From: a virus
Direction: 5' to 3' (one strand)
IMG/VR virus record: IMGVR_UViG_3300050505_000164
Location: 1-41,487 of that record
DNA: 41,487 bases
Shown: in pieces, positions 39,545 to 41,487 of the stretch
How the letters are laid out: the number at the start of each line of letters is the position of its first letter
Position numbering within the stretch: position 1 is the stretch's first letter
Translations under genes and position numbers: made by a program
Notes under the pieces: generated by a model
What the model saw: the letters and a program-made list of their open reading frames with translations, nothing else
Databases searched by the model: none
Told to the model about the DNA's origin: nothing

Positions 39545-39901
39545 ATGACCGAGAAGGAAATCATTGAGTATTTGAAACGGCGCCGAGATGTGCTGACGCA
39601 GGCGATTGCAGCGCTCGAAGGCGAATCGCAAAGTGTTGCGGAGTCGACAAATCGAGTAGCGCTGAAGGTCAAGACAATCGCAACCCAGACGAAGACTAAG
39701 GTACGCTGCGCGTGCGGTCGTGAGCTTGCGTCCGCCGGGTTTCTCCGACGCCATCAACTGAAGTGCAAAGCGGCGAAAAAGCCCGCGTCAGCGCCAAAGA
39801 TAAACAGTCATGTGGGTCCGCAATGCATCACCTGCGGTGACCATTTCGAGAATGCCATGGCGTTGAGCCGTCATCGCACCGAGAAGCATTTCGCCGCATA
39901 G
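39545..39901 (+). CDS. Protein with tandem C2HC and classical C2H2 zinc fingers
   Basis: The first finger is CAC-x12-H-x3-C. The second is CITC-GDHF-ENAMA-L-SR-H-RTEK-H, fitting C-x2-C-x3-F-x5-L-x2-H-x4-H. Confidence 0.75.
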   Translation: MTEKEIIEYLKRRRDVLTQAIAALEGESQSVAESTNRVALKVKTIATQTKTKVRCACGRELASAGFLRRHQLKCKAAKKPASAPKINSHVGPQCITCGDHFENAMALSRHRTEKHFAA

Positions 39902-39909
39902 GAGGTCTG

Positions 39910-40191
39910 ATGAAAGCCGATGAAGTGAAGGGAATGGCGAAAGAGATCTTCTCCGATGGGAAAGAAACCCATTCGAGTAAGCACGAGGAGCCGGACCAGG
40001 ACGACATGGGCGATGTGGAAAGCATGAATATTGAGCGGGCTGGCAATGGATACATGGTGAGCACCAGCCATAAGCAGAAACCGGGAAAAGGGAATAATCC
40101 GGAACCTTACGTAAGTCCAACGAAGAGCGTTTTCACGAACCACGCCGACGTCGCGGCGCATGTTTCAAAGGTGTTCGGTAAAGGCAAATGA
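39910..40191 (+). CDS. Hypothetical acidic/lysine-rich small protein
   Basis: 93-aa ORF. GGAGG lies upstream of the ATG. Confidence 0.6.
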   Translation: MKADEVKGMAKEIFSDGKETHSSKHEEPDQDDMGDVESMNIERAGNGYMVSTSHKQKPGKGNNPEPYVSPTKSVFTNHADVAAHVSKVFGKGK

Positions 40192-40364
40192 TCTGCGCTT
40201 GTGGGAATACCGATCCCGTGAAATGTGCGAAGGCTCGAAACCCCAAGCCGAGCGGCCGGCAGATTTGCGGATGCACCTGTCACCGTGAAAGCTGTGGCCA
40301 GCACGGACTGAAGTGCGCCAAGCATCATCGATGCCATCCCTGCGAAAAAACACGATGTCAGTGA
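40188..40364 (+). CDS. 58-aa cysteine-rich peptide (11 Cys) not in the ORF track
   Basis: ATGA overlap upstream, and its TGA overlaps the next ATG region. Product: MICACGNTDPVKCAKARNPKPSGRQICGCTCHRESCGQHGLKCAKHHRCHPCEKTRCQ. Confidence 0.6.
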   Translation: MICACGNTDPVKCAKARNPKPSGRQICGCTCHRESCGQHGLKCAKHHRCHPCEKTRCQ

Positions 40365-40630
40365 TCATCATCACCGCCCTGACGCTCCTGCTGGGCATGG
40401 CTGTTGGCCTGTGTGTGGGAATGCACGGCGTCATCCTCGAGCAGCGCCAGGAGCATCAACGTCTCGATCGGGATCTCGGCATCGCCCGGGATGAAGTAAA
40501 AGCGTTGACCTCCGCGATCGCACGTGCCAACAAGACACCGGTGAATTTCGAGAAAGGCCCAAAAGTCCTGGAACCCGGCGACAGTTATTTCGAGGGAAAA
40601 CCCCGGGTTGAGAAAGTTACCGCCGGATAA
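40355..40630 (+). CDS. Single-pass membrane protein with coiled-coil tail
   Basis: ATG 40355 lies within the atgtcagtga overlap. N-terminus MSVIIITALTLLLGMAVGLCVGM, then a charged helical segment. Confidence 0.6.
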   Translation: MSVIIITALTLLLGMAVGLCVGMHGVILEQRQEHQRLDRDLGIARDEVKALTSAIARANKTPVNFEKGPKVLEPGDSYFEGKPRVEKVTAG

Positions 40631-40635
40631 ATCCA

Positions 40636-41487
40636 GTGAGCAAAATTCTAAACGGTATCAAATCGGCCTTCGGCGCGATGACGGGGAAGCCTGCGTCTAC
40701 CCCGGAGCGCGATCCGCTCGAGATCCGCGTTGGCCAGTTCATCACCGAGAAGTGGGTCGACCTGAAATCTGCTTACTGGATGTATCACAGCTGGATATGG
40801 GGCGCGCTCCTGATGTATGCCGGCGAGCTCTGGATCGAATACCAGGCGGATCGTCGGATCTATCAGCGGATGGTTCCGAAAGACGATTTCGTACCCCAGC
40901 CTCGCATCAATAAGTTTGCACCTGCCATCGATGCGATTGCCTCGAACTTCCAACAGATTCCAGAGGTGGAAGCCGTTCCTACGCCACTCGATGATATCGA
41001 GCGCGTTGGTATTTCCGAGATCGCCAACGCGCTCGCCACTCACTTCGTCAAGTCTGCCGGCCTTAGGAGTGATTACAAGACCGAAGACGACAAGGTGAAC
41101 CACGCCGGACAGATGTTCGTCATGACGGGATGTTTACTCACGAGTGTGACGGTCGAGGACAAGGAAATCGGACGCCGGCCGACGATGGAAGAGAAACCTG
41201 GCTTCGGTGTTCAGTGTACGCAGTGCGACAGCTTCAACCAGGTCGAAGAAGAACCGGAAGCTTGCCCGAATTGCGGCAATCCGGACGTACTGGTCCTTCC
41301 GACAACGATCCAGTCTCCCGCGGTTGATGAAGAAAGCGGGGAGCCTGTCACCGAGCCGATCACCGAGAAACGAATTCGCTGCGTGATCGAAAATCCCCTG
41401 TATTTCTATCCCCGCGCCGGCGCTCGCACGATGGGCGACAAAGCCTGGATGGTCATGGCGGAACGCTACAGCCTGGATGAAATTTAT
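40636..41487 (+). CDS. Portal protein, N-terminal part (open at the window end; continues at nt 128 onward via the overlap)
   Basis: The frame is open from the stop at 40609-40611 to the window end. First starts are GTG 40636 and ATG 40678. It contains a CxxC-x12-CxxC insertion at 41215-41274. Confidence 0.75.
   Translation, partial: MSKILNGIKSAFGAMTGKPASTPERDPLEIRVGQFITEKWVDLKSAYWMYHSWIWGALLMYAGELWIEYQADRRIYQRMVPKDDFVPQPRINKFAPAIDAIASNFQQIPEVEAVPTPLDDIERVGISEIANALATHFVKSAGLRSDYKTEDDKVNHAGQMFVMTGCLLTSVTVEDKEIGRRPTMEEKPGFGVQCTQCDSFNQVEEEPEACPNCGNPDVLVLPTTIQSPAVDEESGEPVTEPITEKRIRCVIENPLYFYPRAGARTMGDKAWMVMAERYSLDEIY
41361..41487. repeat. Terminal direct repeat, copy 2 (identical to 1..127)
   Basis: Read directly. 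Confidence 0.97.

Larger units (their letters stand above)
1..41487. mobile_element. Complete temperate tailed-phage genome (podovirus-like gene set), unit length 41,360 bp, assembled as a closed circle
   Basis: Terminase, portal, scaffold, capsid, tail fibre/tailspike, lysis, CI/Cro-like switch, Xis-Int-attP and replication genes are all present. Nt 1-127 equal nt 41361-41487, so the window closes on itself. Confidence 0.9.

Overview
The window is a complete temperate tailed-phage genome that closes on itself. Nt 1-127 are identical to nt 41361-41487, giving a unit length of 41,360 bp. It looks mid-50s % GC by eye (not computed). It carries about 75 tightly packed genes, many joined by ATGA/GTGA/TAATG start-stop overlaps. 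All are on the + strand except a CI-like repressor and an adjacent AT-rich moron.

Gene order, with the portal gene spanning the window junction:
- portal, then two secreted proteins
- a lysis cassette with a T4-type lysozyme
- terminator, scaffold, major capsid, terminator
- about 15 virion genes, including a repeat-rich tail fibre, Gln/Ala-rich ejection-like proteins and a beta-helix tailspike. No tape measure, tube or sheath is visible, so the tail looks podovirus-like.
- moron(-), CI-like repressor(-), Cro-like regulator
- early genes rich in small zinc-ribbon proteins, an HNH endonuclease and an AAA_24-like ATPase
- a DNA-modification cluster: SAM methyltransferase, DPPY methyltransferase and a Gp37/Gp68 (DUF5131) protein
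- Xis, Int and attP
- an Acb2/Tad1-hairpin-like protein
- a 447-aa protein holding 33 tandem 12-bp repeats
- a second HNH, a replication initiator, then TerS and TerL
- an eight-gene accessory island (GNAT, zinc fingers, Cys-rich peptide), then back to portal

Most interesting observations:
1. The near-invariant 12-bp x 33 array encodes a tetrapeptide repeat [A/D]-N-L-[W/G/R], a pentapeptide-repeat core one residue short.
2. The attP region holds the 5' half of a tRNA-Gly(CCC)-like sequence behind a -10-like box, bracketed by perfect 13-bp direct repeats.
3. Sec-type signal peptides sit on at least six proteins of the virion module.
4. The methyltransferase/DUF5131 cluster.
5. The phage carries many small Cys4/C2H2 zinc-binding proteins, four of them below the 60-aa ORF-track cutoff.

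All functional calls come from motifs read by eye and from gene context. No database search was run.
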